This document shows positions 51,601 to 60,968 of a stretch of 64,000 bases of DNA, piece after piece (the first letter of the stretch is position 1; the number at the start of each line of letters is the position of its first letter). This DNA is from a bacterium (lineage in GTDB: Bacteria; Zhuqueibacterota; Zhuqueibacteria; Residuimicrobiales; Krinioviventaceae): contig OY843751.1 in assembly GCA_963693055.1 (NCBI GenBank), positions 3,712,001 to 3,776,000 of the forward strand. Direction: 5' to 3'. The notes under the pieces are model-generated. The model saw only the letters and a program-made list of their open reading frames with translations, did no database searches and had not been told where the DNA came from. The position numbers were made by a program, and so were the translations under genes.

Positions 51601-52520
51601 CGATCATACCTGTCCGCACACCACTCCCAAACGTTACCGCTCATATCATAAATACCCAATTCATTTGCCTGTTTCTGGCCTACAGGTTGAGAACTATTAC
51701 CAGAATTCTGAGCAAACCAACCCACAACATCCATTTCATTGCCACCGCTGTAAGTATAACCCTGACTCTGGTTACCACCGCGGGCCGCGTATTCCCACTC
51801 GGCTTCAGTAGGCAGACGTTTGTTCAAGTATTCCGCGAATGTTTTGGCACCGTTCCAGGTGACATAAATTACAGGATTATTTCCTTTACCATCCTCAACC
51901 ACAAACTGACCATTCTGAAAAGCGATCTGACAGTCTTCCGCACCAAGATTAAAAAGTGTAAGCGTATCCTTTTTCACTCTGGTATTATCCAAGACTATTA
52001 ATCCATCCGATAATGCGTAATTTAAAAAATCGGCATAATCGAAATTGGTAACTTCATATTTATCCATATAGAAATCATCCAGGGTAACCGTATGTACCGG
52101 TTTTTCATCATCTTGACCATTTGTGCTGCCCATATTAAAGGTACCGCCTTTAACAAAAACCATCTCGGGTCCGTTGTAATCACTGGCAGTAACACGAATT
52201 TGAAAGCCATCTCCGCTAACACCGGGATTATCAGCAAGAAAATCCCAGACAATGTGCTTGTTCGTACCGGACAAAACACTGTCCCCCACATCACCGGTAA
52301 CATGATCACAAGGCAACTCCCAGGTTGCACCATTATCATCAGATGCTTTCAAAGATATAATCAGTGTATCCCCGTCTGCATCTGTGACATCATAATATAT
52401 GTCTGCTGTGAGTGAACCGTCCGTACGTTGTTCCAAGCGTACATTTTCAACAACCGGGTCCGCCGCAAACAACAGCCCCATAATCATGATCATAATCAGT
52501 ATTACCAGATTCGTTTTCAT
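48603..52520 (-). CDS. Secreted multidomain protein A: N-domain, FGE-like CLec domain, Big2, FISUMP, Ig, FISUMP, Big2, FISUMP
   Basis: Signal peptide; RLPTEAEWEYAARGG, DMSGNVWEWC; three modules D.DGN.Y.T.KIG.QWWM.ENL...PEGWH.P...EW...GATNESGF...FW...IRLV. Confidence 0.88.
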   Translation of the reverse strand: MKTNLVILIMIMIMGLLFAADPVVENVRLEQRTDGSLTADIYYDVTDADGDTLIISLKASDDNGATWELPCDHVTGDVGDSVLSGTNKHIVWDFLADNPGVSGDGFQIRVTASDYNGPEMVFVKGGTFNMGSTNGQDDEKPVHTVTLDDFYMDKYEVTNFDYADFLNYALSDGLIVLDNTRVKKDTLTLFNLGAEDCQIAFQNGQFVVEDGKGNNPVIYVTWNGAKTFAEYLNKRLPTEAEWEYAARGGNQSQGYTYSGGNEMDVVGWFAQNSGNSSQPVGQKQANELGIYDMSGNVWEWCADRYDRDYYSTGPCENPYGPSDVNKTGRILRGGAWDEAMSKARPANRNRDKAWLGYKNRGFRCAKGDTNFTRLDAIKITPQDITVNNSESLQLTCTAQYSDGSAIDISKYVSWNIIYGNCGIIDTDGLFTADDLATGSVKIKVLFDGLTAETTITVDSKYETGTMTDLEGKTYKIIKIGNQWWMAENLKTTHNVYGFSWLYTDNDDPWVGLSEAACCYYDDDENNLDIYGAMYNWNMIETAFEYDIFPEGWHAPTDDEWKQLESYLGMSDLDNVGPRGTVEGGMLKESGTDHWNSPNTGATNESGFRALPGGFCNYLTGEFQTKNTNTCFWTSSQNGKDEAWARSLGYDHSSISRDSYNKGNGFYIRLVSDSDEMDPDITMTYPNGGESFLAGNTTSIHWDPNEYDKMVYLDLYQKGVFSIRIAETENDGEFSWNIPSTLSPSNQFTINVIGTQSSMSDESDECFEIEYDDAIFETGTVTDIDGNVYKTIRIGEQWWMMEDLRVTHYRNGDPIPNVTDDTEWGELVTGALCYYNNNNKYADDYGAFYNGYAATDARNIAPEGWHVPTDDEWKELEMYLGMSQEEADSEGDFLGKFRGTDEGDKLKEIGNAHWKKPNPGFTNSATNESGFSARAGGWRNSGMGMYAFYWSSTAISENSYWIRILHFMENRVSRNYGPRIGGFSIRLVRGEETSSELESINITQPYSIVYNGETLQLNCTTNLTDGGSVDISNETTWSITSGSAGTIDNNGLFTSSNSNTGVVTITASYKNQTAETIISVQNNSLEIGTMTDNDGNVYRTVKIGNQWWMAENLRVTHYRNGDLIPNATDAAEWDVLSGAFCYYDNDKKNAAIYGALYNWYAVDDERNIAPEGWHVPSDEEWKEMEMFLGMSMNDVEIDDSQYRGTDEGGKLKEMGTVESRNGLWQNPNTGATNESGFSARPGGYRYPNTGIDFSSLGSYAAFWTATQSGNSTAKMRYLIYDSDMITRYGLYLKHGRSIRLVKDSTE

Positions 52521-52529
52521 TTTTGCCTT

Positions 52530-52669
52530 TGTATTTATTTATAAAGTTACTATCAGTATTCGTCCCTGTATCTGTTAACCGTTTAACAAATACATCACCT
52601 TTATATAAATCAATATATAAATCCAGACATGTGATGGATTATTTCCCAGTCCCAAACATTCAAGGATCA
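52530..52669 (-). pseudogene. Decayed Ig-like module trailing protein B
   Basis: After TFPDED-stop the DNA still reads SLNVWD then, frameshifted, YIDLYKGDVFVKRLTDTGTNTDSNF, matching FPNGGETLEVWD...YVDLYKGNALVERLKDTGTSNDGDF of protein C. Confidence 0.75.
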
Positions 52670-55600
52670 ATCCTCATCCGGAAAGGTAACAGTCTGTGGT
52701 GCATTCAGTTCACTATTATCACGAATCAAACGTATGGAATATCCGTGTTCACTGATGTAACAGTTCCAATCGATGATCTTTTCATCATAGATCAATTGTC
52801 GCTGTATAAAACCATTGTGATATTTTCCATCATTCGGTTGGTCAACCCAAAAGTATGCAGAGTTGTACAAATCTTCAAACTCGCCACTATGGATTTCACG
52901 CTGACCACCCGGCCGGGCTGAAAATCCATATTCGTTTGTGGCGCCGGTATTGGGTTCTCTCCAGAAACCGGTTCCCGCCTGGATGGTACCCCTTTCCTTG
53001 AGCATGGCGCCTTCATCAGTATCAGATCTGCTGTAACTTTCAACTTTTTCCTGGCTCATGCCCAGGTACAGTTCCAGCTCTTTCCACTCATCATCAGTGG
53101 GAACATGCCAACCTTCTGGTGCAATAGAGGGCAAATGATCTATAACATATCCATTATACAAGGCACCAAACACCGATGCATTACTAGAGTCATTGTCATA
53201 ATAACAGTATGCGCCAGTATCCTTATTTTTCCAAACAGAATTTTGTGTAACATGCTGTATGGGAGTGCCATCACGATAGTGGGTCACTTTAAGATTTTCC
53301 GCCATCCACCATTGATTGCCGATTTTAACAGTTTTATATACATTACCGTCAATATCTGTCATGGTACCGGTTTCAAAATCAAGCCCATCATTAACAATTG
53401 AAAAATAATCATCACTAATATCATACAATCCGGTTACCACACCGGTAATTTTAATACGATAATCCGTGCCTGAAATCAGATTTGGCGAAATTCTCCAGGT
53501 ATATTCACTATCATGGGTTGTATCCATATCTACGATCCGTTCAACAAGCTCGTCGCCTTTATATAAATCAATATATACCCGTTCATCTATGGGATTATTG
53601 TTCCATTTGATAAAATATTCCACCCCAGCTTTCAAGTATTCACCTCCATTGGGGAATGTAATAATAGGCGGTATATTGGTTTTGTCATTGTCCCGGATGA
53701 GACGGATTGAACATCCAGATTGTTTACTCGAAGAATCACGGTATATTGTTTCACTATAATAGCTCAATCTCCGATGCAAGACAGAGGATTTGTTCACTTC
53801 CGGAGCAGACCAATAGTAGGAACGAACACCCATTTCATGGAAATCACCATCAAAGAAAGAACGACAACCACCAGACCGTGCGGTAAATCCGCTCTCATTT
53901 GTAGCGCCAGTGTTGGGACTTTTCCAGTGTTCAAAACCGATTTCTTTTAGTTTACCACCTTCATTTGTACCCCTATATCCATATTCTGAATCCGCTTCTT
54001 CCTGGCTCATTCCCAGATACAACTCTAATTGTTTCCACTCATCATCAGTGGGTACATGCCACCCTTCGGGTGCAATATTACGAACAGCATCAGCAGCATA
54101 CCCGTTATACATTGCGCCATAGTCATCAGCATAATTGCTGTCGTTGTTATAATAACAGAATGCTCCGGTTTCAAGTTCGCTCCATTCGGTACCATCAGTT
54201 ACGTTTGGTATTGGGTCACCATTTCGATAATGTGTTACTCGCAGATCTTCCATCATCCACCATTGCTCACCGATCTTGATGGTCTTGTAAACATTACCGT
54301 CAATATCTGTTACCGTTCCCATCTCAAAACTCGCTTCATCAAATTGAATTTCAAAGGATTTATCGCTTATATCTGACATGCTGGATTGAGTACCCGTTAT
54401 CTTGATTGTATAATTGGATGTTGTAAGCGTATTGGGAATTTCCCAGGAAAATTCACCATCATTTTCCGTTTCAGCTATCCGTATTAAAGCAATGCCATTT
54501 TGACACAAATCCAGAGTGACCATCTCATCATAAGGGCCAGCATCCCATCGGATACTGATTGTATGTCCTGCAATTATGCTTTCACCACCATTTGGAAAAG
54601 TCAATGTGAAATCAGCGTCCTTTACATCACTATCACGGACCAGACGGACATAAAAACCATATCCTTTGTTGTAAGAATCGCGGGAAATTGTGCTATGATC
54701 ATAGCCTAAACTACGGGCCCATGCATTATCGGCATCATTTTGTGAAGACGTCCAAAAACAAGTATTTGTATTTATTGTTTGGAATTCCCCTGTAGTATAG
54801 TGACGGAAACCACCCGGTAATGCGCCAAAGCCACTCTCATTAGTAGCGCCGGTATTGGGGCTGTTCCAATGATTTGTACCCGTTTCTTTCAACATGCCGC
54901 CTTCAACCGTGCCCCGCTGGCCGACATTATCCAAATCACTCACACCCAGATATGACTCTAACTGTTTCCATTCATCATCAGTGGGAACATGCCACCCTTC
55001 AGGGGCAATGTTTTGTTCATAAACAAGCGCATACCATCTATACATAGCACCGTAAATATCTAAATTATTTTCGTCATTATCGTAATTAAAATTGTAAATT
55101 TCATCTCCATTACTGTAATGAGTCACTTTGAGATTTTCAGCCATCCACCACTGACTTCCGATCTTTACAATTTTATAGGTATTTCGGTCTATATCACTCA
55201 TATAACCAGTTTCATGCCCAAAATCAACCGTTACTGTGGTTTCAACAGTTAAACCATCAAATAATGCCTGTATTTTTACGTTACCCCCCTTATCATCACT
55301 TGCTGTGAAAAGCCCTTTACTATCAATACTGCCGCTTGTACCGGACAAAAGTTCCCAGGTTGCATACATACTTATATCAACTTTACTTCCATCACTATAC
55401 CAGGCAGTACAATTCAACGGCAGGAATTCACCTTTTTTTATTGTTTTATCCTGAGGTGAAATATTGATAGAGTCCAATTTTGTAAATGCTGTATCACCCT
55501 TAACACACCGGAATCCGCGATTATTGTATCCGGTCCATGCATGATCACGGTTGCGGTTAGCCGTTTTTGCCTTGGCTTGAACATCGTCCCATGCGCCGCC

Positions 55601-56593
55601 GCGCAATACACGGGCTGTTTTGTTTTCATCATATGGGCCATATGGATTACTACCCGGTCCGGTATAGTAATAATCACGATCATACCTGTCCGCGCACCAT
55701 TCCCACACATTACCGCTCATATCATAAAGCCCCAGTTCATTCGCCTTTTTCATGCCAACAGCCTGTGTGCTGTCTGCATTGGTATTAAACCAGCCCACAG
55801 CATCCATATCATTGCCGCCGCTATAGGTATAACCCTGACTCTCGCTGCCGCCTCGGGCCGCGTATTCCCATTCTGCTTCGGTAGGCAGACGTTTGTTAAA
55901 ATACTTGGCATAAGCATCGGCACCAAACCAGGTAACATTTGTAACCGGATGTTCTTCTTTATTGTCTGTAACCGCAAATACACCATTACTGTACGTAATC
56001 TTGCAATCCTCATCAGAAAGATCAAGCAGTGTTGTAGTATCCTGTTTGACAACATCCTCAGTGACTGTAATCGATCCATTAGCAAGAACAGCATTTAAAA
56101 AATCTGTATATTGCCCTTTGGTTACTTCATAAAGATCCATGTAAAAATCATTCAATGTAACCGAATGCACAGGCTGTTCGTCATCTTCTCCGTCAGTACT
56201 CCCCATATCAAAGGTGCCGCCTTTAACAAAAACCATCGCGGGTTCTTTAAAATCAATGGCAATGATTCTCACCTGGTACCCCTCACCACTTATACCGGGA
56301 TTATCAGCAAGAAAATCCCATACAATGTGTTTGCCTGTACCTGTCAGCACACTGTCTCCTATATCACCACTCACATGGTTTACCGGCAGCTCCCAGGTTG
56401 CACCATCATCATCTGATGCTTGTAAGGTGATGGTCAGTGTGTCTCCGTCTGCATCTGTAACATCATAATAGATGTCCGCATAGAGCGAACCGTCCGTGCG
56501 TTGTTCCAAGCGTACATTTTCAACCACCGGATCTGCCGCGTGCAGCAGCCCTATAATTAAAGACACAAACAAAATCACCAAATTCTTTTTCAT
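52667..56593 (-). CDS. Secreted multidomain protein B: N-domain, FGE-like, Big2, FISUMP, Ig, FISUMP, Ig, FISUMP
   Basis: Same motifs as A; start MKKNLV (56593) matches the paralogs; alternative start 56608. Confidence 0.88.
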   Translation of the reverse strand: MKKNLVILFVSLIIGLLHAADPVVENVRLEQRTDGSLYADIYYDVTDADGDTLTITLQASDDDGATWELPVNHVSGDIGDSVLTGTGKHIVWDFLADNPGISGEGYQVRIIAIDFKEPAMVFVKGGTFDMGSTDGEDDEQPVHSVTLNDFYMDLYEVTKGQYTDFLNAVLANGSITVTEDVVKQDTTTLLDLSDEDCKITYSNGVFAVTDNKEEHPVTNVTWFGADAYAKYFNKRLPTEAEWEYAARGGSESQGYTYSGGNDMDAVGWFNTNADSTQAVGMKKANELGLYDMSGNVWEWCADRYDRDYYYTGPGSNPYGPYDENKTARVLRGGAWDDVQAKAKTANRNRDHAWTGYNNRGFRCVKGDTAFTKLDSINISPQDKTIKKGEFLPLNCTAWYSDGSKVDISMYATWELLSGTSGSIDSKGLFTASDDKGGNVKIQALFDGLTVETTVTVDFGHETGYMSDIDRNTYKIVKIGSQWWMAENLKVTHYSNGDEIYNFNYDNDENNLDIYGAMYRWYALVYEQNIAPEGWHVPTDDEWKQLESYLGVSDLDNVGQRGTVEGGMLKETGTNHWNSPNTGATNESGFGALPGGFRHYTTGEFQTINTNTCFWTSSQNDADNAWARSLGYDHSTISRDSYNKGYGFYVRLVRDSDVKDADFTLTFPNGGESIIAGHTISIRWDAGPYDEMVTLDLCQNGIALIRIAETENDGEFSWEIPNTLTTSNYTIKITGTQSSMSDISDKSFEIQFDEASFEMGTVTDIDGNVYKTIKIGEQWWMMEDLRVTHYRNGDPIPNVTDGTEWSELETGAFCYYNNDSNYADDYGAMYNGYAADAVRNIAPEGWHVPTDDEWKQLELYLGMSQEEADSEYGYRGTNEGGKLKEIGFEHWKSPNTGATNESGFTARSGGCRSFFDGDFHEMGVRSYYWSAPEVNKSSVLHRRLSYYSETIYRDSSSKQSGCSIRLIRDNDKTNIPPIITFPNGGEYLKAGVEYFIKWNNNPIDERVYIDLYKGDELVERIVDMDTTHDSEYTWRISPNLISGTDYRIKITGVVTGLYDISDDYFSIVNDGLDFETGTMTDIDGNVYKTVKIGNQWWMAENLKVTHYRDGTPIQHVTQNSVWKNKDTGAYCYYDNDSSNASVFGALYNGYVIDHLPSIAPEGWHVPTDDEWKELELYLGMSQEKVESYSRSDTDEGAMLKERGTIQAGTGFWREPNTGATNEYGFSARPGGQREIHSGEFEDLYNSAYFWVDQPNDGKYHNGFIQRQLIYDEKIIDWNCYISEHGYSIRLIRDNSELNAPQTVTFPDED

Positions 56594-56740
56594 TTCTACC
56601 TTTTTCATTCAGATCAATTACCGTCCATTGGTTTTGACAGGATCAATTTTCTCAATCACATAATCACAAGATTCAAACCGGTACATGTACATACCGCTGA
56701 TTACCAATTAACTTTATGTTACGCGTGTCCCTCTTAATTA

Positions 56741-56771
56741 TATAGGGACCGGCCAGAGACCAGTCCCTATA
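56741..56771 (-). terminator. Intergenic hairpin (weak terminator or mRNA stabiliser) between C and B
   Basis: TATAGGGAC...GTCCCTATA stem; no clear U tract. Confidence 0.45.
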
Positions 56772-56807
56772 AATTCAATTAATTACGATATTGCTCAAAT
56801 ATTTTTA

Positions 56808-59699
56808 TTACTCTTGATCCTTTACACAACGGATAGACGAGCTCTTGGCATTGCTTGTGTGTGAAACAATCGGGTTATCGTAATTCAAAATCCGTACCCA
56901 TGCATAATGTATAGGTGAAGAAACAGCAGTAGATGACCAAAAGTACGCATATCGAGTCATATCTTCGAAAGATCCAGTCGCATAACGGGCGCCACCGGCT
57001 AGTGCTGAAAAACCACTTTCGTTTGTTGCTCCGGTGTTTGGATTTCTCCAATACCCTGCCCCTTCTTCTTTCATTTTACCACCGGCAACATTTTCACCAC
57101 CAAGGTAATTGATCAAAGTATTCCACTCTTCATCTGTTGGTACATGCCAGCCTTCCGGTGCAACTTTTCGTTCATCACTAACCGCATACCAATTATACAA
57201 GGCACCAAACATACCGGCATAATTGCTGTTATCATTATAAAAACAATATGCACCCTCTGTTGTCGTAATCCATGCGTCATCTCCAATCACATTGGGAATA
57301 GGGTCACCATTTCTATAATGCTTTACATTCAGATTATCTGCCATCCACCATTGATCACCTATCTTGACAGTTCTGTATGAATTGCCATCAATATCTGTAA
57401 GGGATCCAGTTTCAAAATTTAACCCATTATTAACGATTGTAAAAAAACCATCACTAAAATCAGATAATCCGGTTTCTTTACCTGTAATTTTGATTCGATA
57501 GTCACTGCCTGTTACCAAATCTGTTGAAATAATCCAGGTAAAATCTCCATCGTTGCTGGTACCTGTATCTTTTAATCGCTCAACTAATGCATTGCCTTTA
57601 TACAAGTCAACATATACCCTATCATCATTTGAACTATTTTCCCATCTTATGATAAGTTTGTCCCAAACCTCCAATGTTTCTCCACCGTTAGGAAAATAAA
57701 CAAGCGGCAATGATCCAACATCACGATCTTTGACAAGGCGGAGAGAGAAACCATTTTGTTTATGACTTTCAAGCATATCGCTGGCATTGCTTTCATAATT
57801 CAAATTCCGGCGCAATCCTTTAAAACTATTATATTCTGAAGATGTCCAAAAATAAGCATAATTCCCCAGTTCCATAAAAGCTGCTTCCAGCTTGGCACAA
57901 TATCCACCGGGAAGTGCAGTAAATCCGCTCTCATTGGTAGCACCCGTATTCGGGCTACTCCAAAAGCTGGTACCTTCTGATTTTAATTTTCCACCTGCAA
58001 CCCCTTTACCACCCAGATAATTTTCAAGCTCGCTCCATTCCGCACTTGTAGGCACATGCCAGCCTTCAGGTGCAATCTTGCGGCCATCTGTAACAGCAAA
58101 CCAGTTATATAAAGCACCATAGACTTGGCCATTATTACTGTTATTGTTATAATAACAATAAGCACCGGTTAATAAATTTGCCCATACATTCAGGTCCATT
58201 TCATTAGCAATGGGATCCCCATTACGATAATGCTTAACATTGAGGTTTTCAGCCATCCACCACTGATCACCTATCTTGATAGTTTTATAAGTATTGCCAT
58301 CATTATCAACCATGTTTCCATATATATTACTAACTGTCACAGTCGCTTCTGCTGTAATTCCATTGTATTCAGCTTGAACGGTAACATTACCGGAAGCTTG
58401 TTGAGAAGCTGTGAATAAACCATCATTATTAATTTCTACTGCATCTCCCGACACAATTGACCAATTGGCATTGACTGTTACATCTTTTTCACTATCATCA
58501 CTATATTGTGCCATACAAGTAAAATAAAATGAACTTGCATTTGCAACAGTGGTATTATGGGGAGTTATGAAAATACTTTCTACTATTGTGAAATTGGTAT
58601 CACCTATTACACATCGGAATCCACGATTTTTATAACCGATCCATGCATAATCACGATTACGATTTGCGGGTTTGGCCTTGACTTGTGCATCGTCCCAGGC
58701 ACCACCACGCAACACATGAGCATTGATATCATTTAGAGGGCCCTGTGGATTATTATCAGGACTTGCTCCATAATAATTGCGATCATATTGATCCACACAC
58801 CACTCCCAAACATTACCACTCATATCGTAAATACCTGCTTCATTGGCTTGTTTTTGTCCAACAGCTTGTACACTGTTGTTGGAATTTGCTCTGTACCAGC
58901 CGACTGCATCCATATCATTACTGCCGCTATAGATATAGCCCTGACTTTGGCTACCGCCTCGGGCCGCATATTCCCATTCTGCTTCACTGGGTAACCGTTT
59001 TGCATAGTATTTGGCATAGGCATCTGCACCAAACCAGGTAACATTGGTTACCGGATATTCTTCTTTATCATCTGTAACCGAAAACGTTCCATTTTCGTAA
59101 ACGATCTTGCAGTCTTGATCAGAAAGATCCAGCAGCGTGGTGGTATCCTGTTTCACTGTACTTCCGGATATTGTAATCAGATCTTGCGCAAGCATCGCAT
59201 TCAAAAACTCGGTGTATTGCGACTTGGTCACTTCATAGGGATCCATGTAAAAATCGCTCAATGTAACAGTATGTACAGGACTTTCATCATCATCACCGTC
59301 AGTGCTGCCCATATCAAAGGTGCCACCTTTAACAAAAACCATCCTGGGCTCTTTGTAATCACTGGCTGTAACGCGAACACGGTAACCCTCTCCACTTACT
59401 TCAGGATTATCAGCCAGAAAATCCCACACTATGTGCTTGTCCGTACCTGCAAGCACACTGTCTCCTACATCACCCGTGACATGACTCACCGGCAGTTCCC
59501 AGCTTGCACCATCATCGTCTGATGCTTTTACTGTAACGGTTAGTGTATCTCCGTCCGCATCAGTAACATCATAATAAATATCCGCTTTGAGCGAACCGTC
59601 TGTGCGTTGTTCCAAACGTACATTCTCAACCACAGGATCTGCAGCATATGACAGTCCTATGATTATGATCATAAACAGTATTGCTAAATTCTTTTTCAT
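56808..59699 (-). CDS. Secreted multidomain protein C: N-domain, FGE-like, Big2, FISUMP, Ig, FISUMP
   Basis: Same motifs as A and B; two FISUMP modules. Confidence 0.88.
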   Translation of the reverse strand: MKKNLAILFMIIIIGLSYAADPVVENVRLEQRTDGSLKADIYYDVTDADGDTLTVTVKASDDDGASWELPVSHVTGDVGDSVLAGTDKHIVWDFLADNPEVSGEGYRVRVTASDYKEPRMVFVKGGTFDMGSTDGDDDESPVHTVTLSDFYMDPYEVTKSQYTEFLNAMLAQDLITISGSTVKQDTTTLLDLSDQDCKIVYENGTFSVTDDKEEYPVTNVTWFGADAYAKYYAKRLPSEAEWEYAARGGSQSQGYIYSGSNDMDAVGWYRANSNNSVQAVGQKQANEAGIYDMSGNVWEWCVDQYDRNYYGASPDNNPQGPLNDINAHVLRGGAWDDAQVKAKPANRNRDYAWIGYKNRGFRCVIGDTNFTIVESIFITPHNTTVANASSFYFTCMAQYSDDSEKDVTVNANWSIVSGDAVEINNDGLFTASQQASGNVTVQAEYNGITAEATVTVSNIYGNMVDNDGNTYKTIKIGDQWWMAENLNVKHYRNGDPIANEMDLNVWANLLTGAYCYYNNNSNNGQVYGALYNWFAVTDGRKIAPEGWHVPTSAEWSELENYLGGKGVAGGKLKSEGTSFWSSPNTGATNESGFTALPGGYCAKLEAAFMELGNYAYFWTSSEYNSFKGLRRNLNYESNASDMLESHKQNGFSLRLVKDRDVGSLPLVYFPNGGETLEVWDKLIIRWENSSNDDRVYVDLYKGNALVERLKDTGTSNDGDFTWIISTDLVTGSDYRIKITGKETGLSDFSDGFFTIVNNGLNFETGSLTDIDGNSYRTVKIGDQWWMADNLNVKHYRNGDPIPNVIGDDAWITTTEGAYCFYNDNSNYAGMFGALYNWYAVSDERKVAPEGWHVPTDEEWNTLINYLGGENVAGGKMKEEGAGYWRNPNTGATNESGFSALAGGARYATGSFEDMTRYAYFWSSTAVSSPIHYAWVRILNYDNPIVSHTSNAKSSSIRCVKDQE

Positions 59700-59736
59700 T
59701 TGTGCCCCTTTTATTATTCAGGTTTATTTTGTCTGC

Positions 59737-60726
59737 TTATTTTAACAGCATCATTTTCTGGATAAATACATGACCTCCGGATTCAAATCGACACAGGTAC
59801 ATACCGCTGGTTACCGGCATTCCCTGATTGTCTCGAGCGTCCCATTGGATGGTATAACGGCCGGCCTGGCGTTGTCCGTTTTCCAAATTACGGATTACCT
59901 GACCCACACTGTTGTATACAACCAAAGAGACATCAGAGGTCTTGGGCAGATGATAAGTTACAAATGTAGTTGGATTAAATGGATTCGGATACACTGGCAG
60001 CAATGCAAATGTTTTCGGTATGGAGGCTTCGCCATTTATACCTGTTGCCCAAGTACTGAATGACCAAGCACTTGAAAACTCGCCTTCCCCGGCTGGATTG
60101 ATTGCACTGATGCGCCAGTACCAGGTCTTGTTCATTTCAAGATCTACAGCATACTGGGTCTCTGCGATTCCGGTTTCATCAATAGTTAATTCTGAAAAAT
60201 CCTGTTTGTTTGATACCTGCAAATGATAAGATCCCGCACCGTCTACACTGTTCCAGCTCAACTGCTGATTGGGGCTGATGCCTTCAGCGCCGTTCTCCGG
60301 CTCTACCAAGTCCGGTGCCGATACAGGCTCGAGTGTGGTAAATGTCCATACAGAAGAATACGGACTGCTGCCCGCGGCATTTACGGCATTAACACGCCAA
60401 TAATGCTGCGTGTTGAAAGATAGTCCTGTGACTTTATACAGCGTATCTGTTATTGCAGCTGCGTCAACCAGCAGCGTATTAAAATCATCCACAGTGCTCA
60501 TTTGCACATTGAATTCTGATGTGTGAATAAGTGATTTCCAGATCAGTTGAACTGAATCCGGAAGGGATGTTTGTCCGTTTGCTGGCCCACTCAATGCAGG
60601 AGCTGCGGGTGGCAGCGAAGTCATGAATACAGATTCGGATTCACCAATACCGGTACCGGCTATCAGCACAGATCCAATCAATATCACAATCATAGAAACC
60701 AGTAATGCTTTTTGCTGATTAGACAT
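59737..60726 (-). CDS. Small secreted protein: N-terminal extension, two FN3 domains, FlgD/T9SS-type sorting domain
   Basis: Signal peptide; YWRVNAVNAAG and WYWRISAINPAG; YPNPFNP...WDARDNQG.PVTSGMY...QKMMLLK. Confidence 0.88.
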   Translation of the reverse strand: MSNQQKALLVSMIVILIGSVLIAGTGIGESESVFMTSLPPAAPALSGPANGQTSLPDSVQLIWKSLIHTSEFNVQMSTVDDFNTLLVDAAAITDTLYKVTGLSFNTQHYWRVNAVNAAGSSPYSSVWTFTTLEPVSAPDLVEPENGAEGISPNQQLSWNSVDGAGSYHLQVSNKQDFSELTIDETGIAETQYAVDLEMNKTWYWRISAINPAGEGEFSSAWSFSTWATGINGEASIPKTFALLPVYPNPFNPTTFVTYHLPKTSDVSLVVYNSVGQVIRNLENGQRQAGRYTIQWDARDNQGMPVTSGMYLCRFESGGHVFIQKMMLLK

Positions 60727-60951
60727 AAAATGTCTCCATTTTTTAATAATTAAATGAAAATAAAAATTTTATTAGAAACTGACCTTGGTGCTGTGTGCGG
60801 CCCACTTTCCCCCTCTCTTTTGAGCCAATATCAATATAACTAGAATACAAAGAAAGATGTTGCCCCCTGAGTGATTAATTAAAAAATTTAAAAATTCCCC
60901 CAGACACAATCGCAATATCCCTCTTTCTATTAAACGAAACAAAAGTTACTA

Positions 60952-60968
60952 TTCAAAATGCCTGCCAA
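60952..60968 (-). promoter_or_regulatory. Candidate sigma54 promoter for the FISUMP locus
   Basis: TTGGCAGGCATTTTGAA (GG-N10-GA, one deviation at -12); perfect palindrome GTACGAA-N5-TTCGTAC at 61042-61060 upstream. Confidence 0.4.

Noticed and set aside
52667-52669. Selenocysteine readthrough of protein B's UGA (selB is present)
   Set aside because: The UGA aligns with Glu of the FPNGGE motif, not Cys, and the downstream sequence is deleted and frameshifted.
51400-59350. Catalytic formylglycine-generating enzymes serving the nearby sulfatase
   Set aside because: The FGE-like domains lack the CxxxxC active-site cysteines and sit inside large secreted multidomain proteins.
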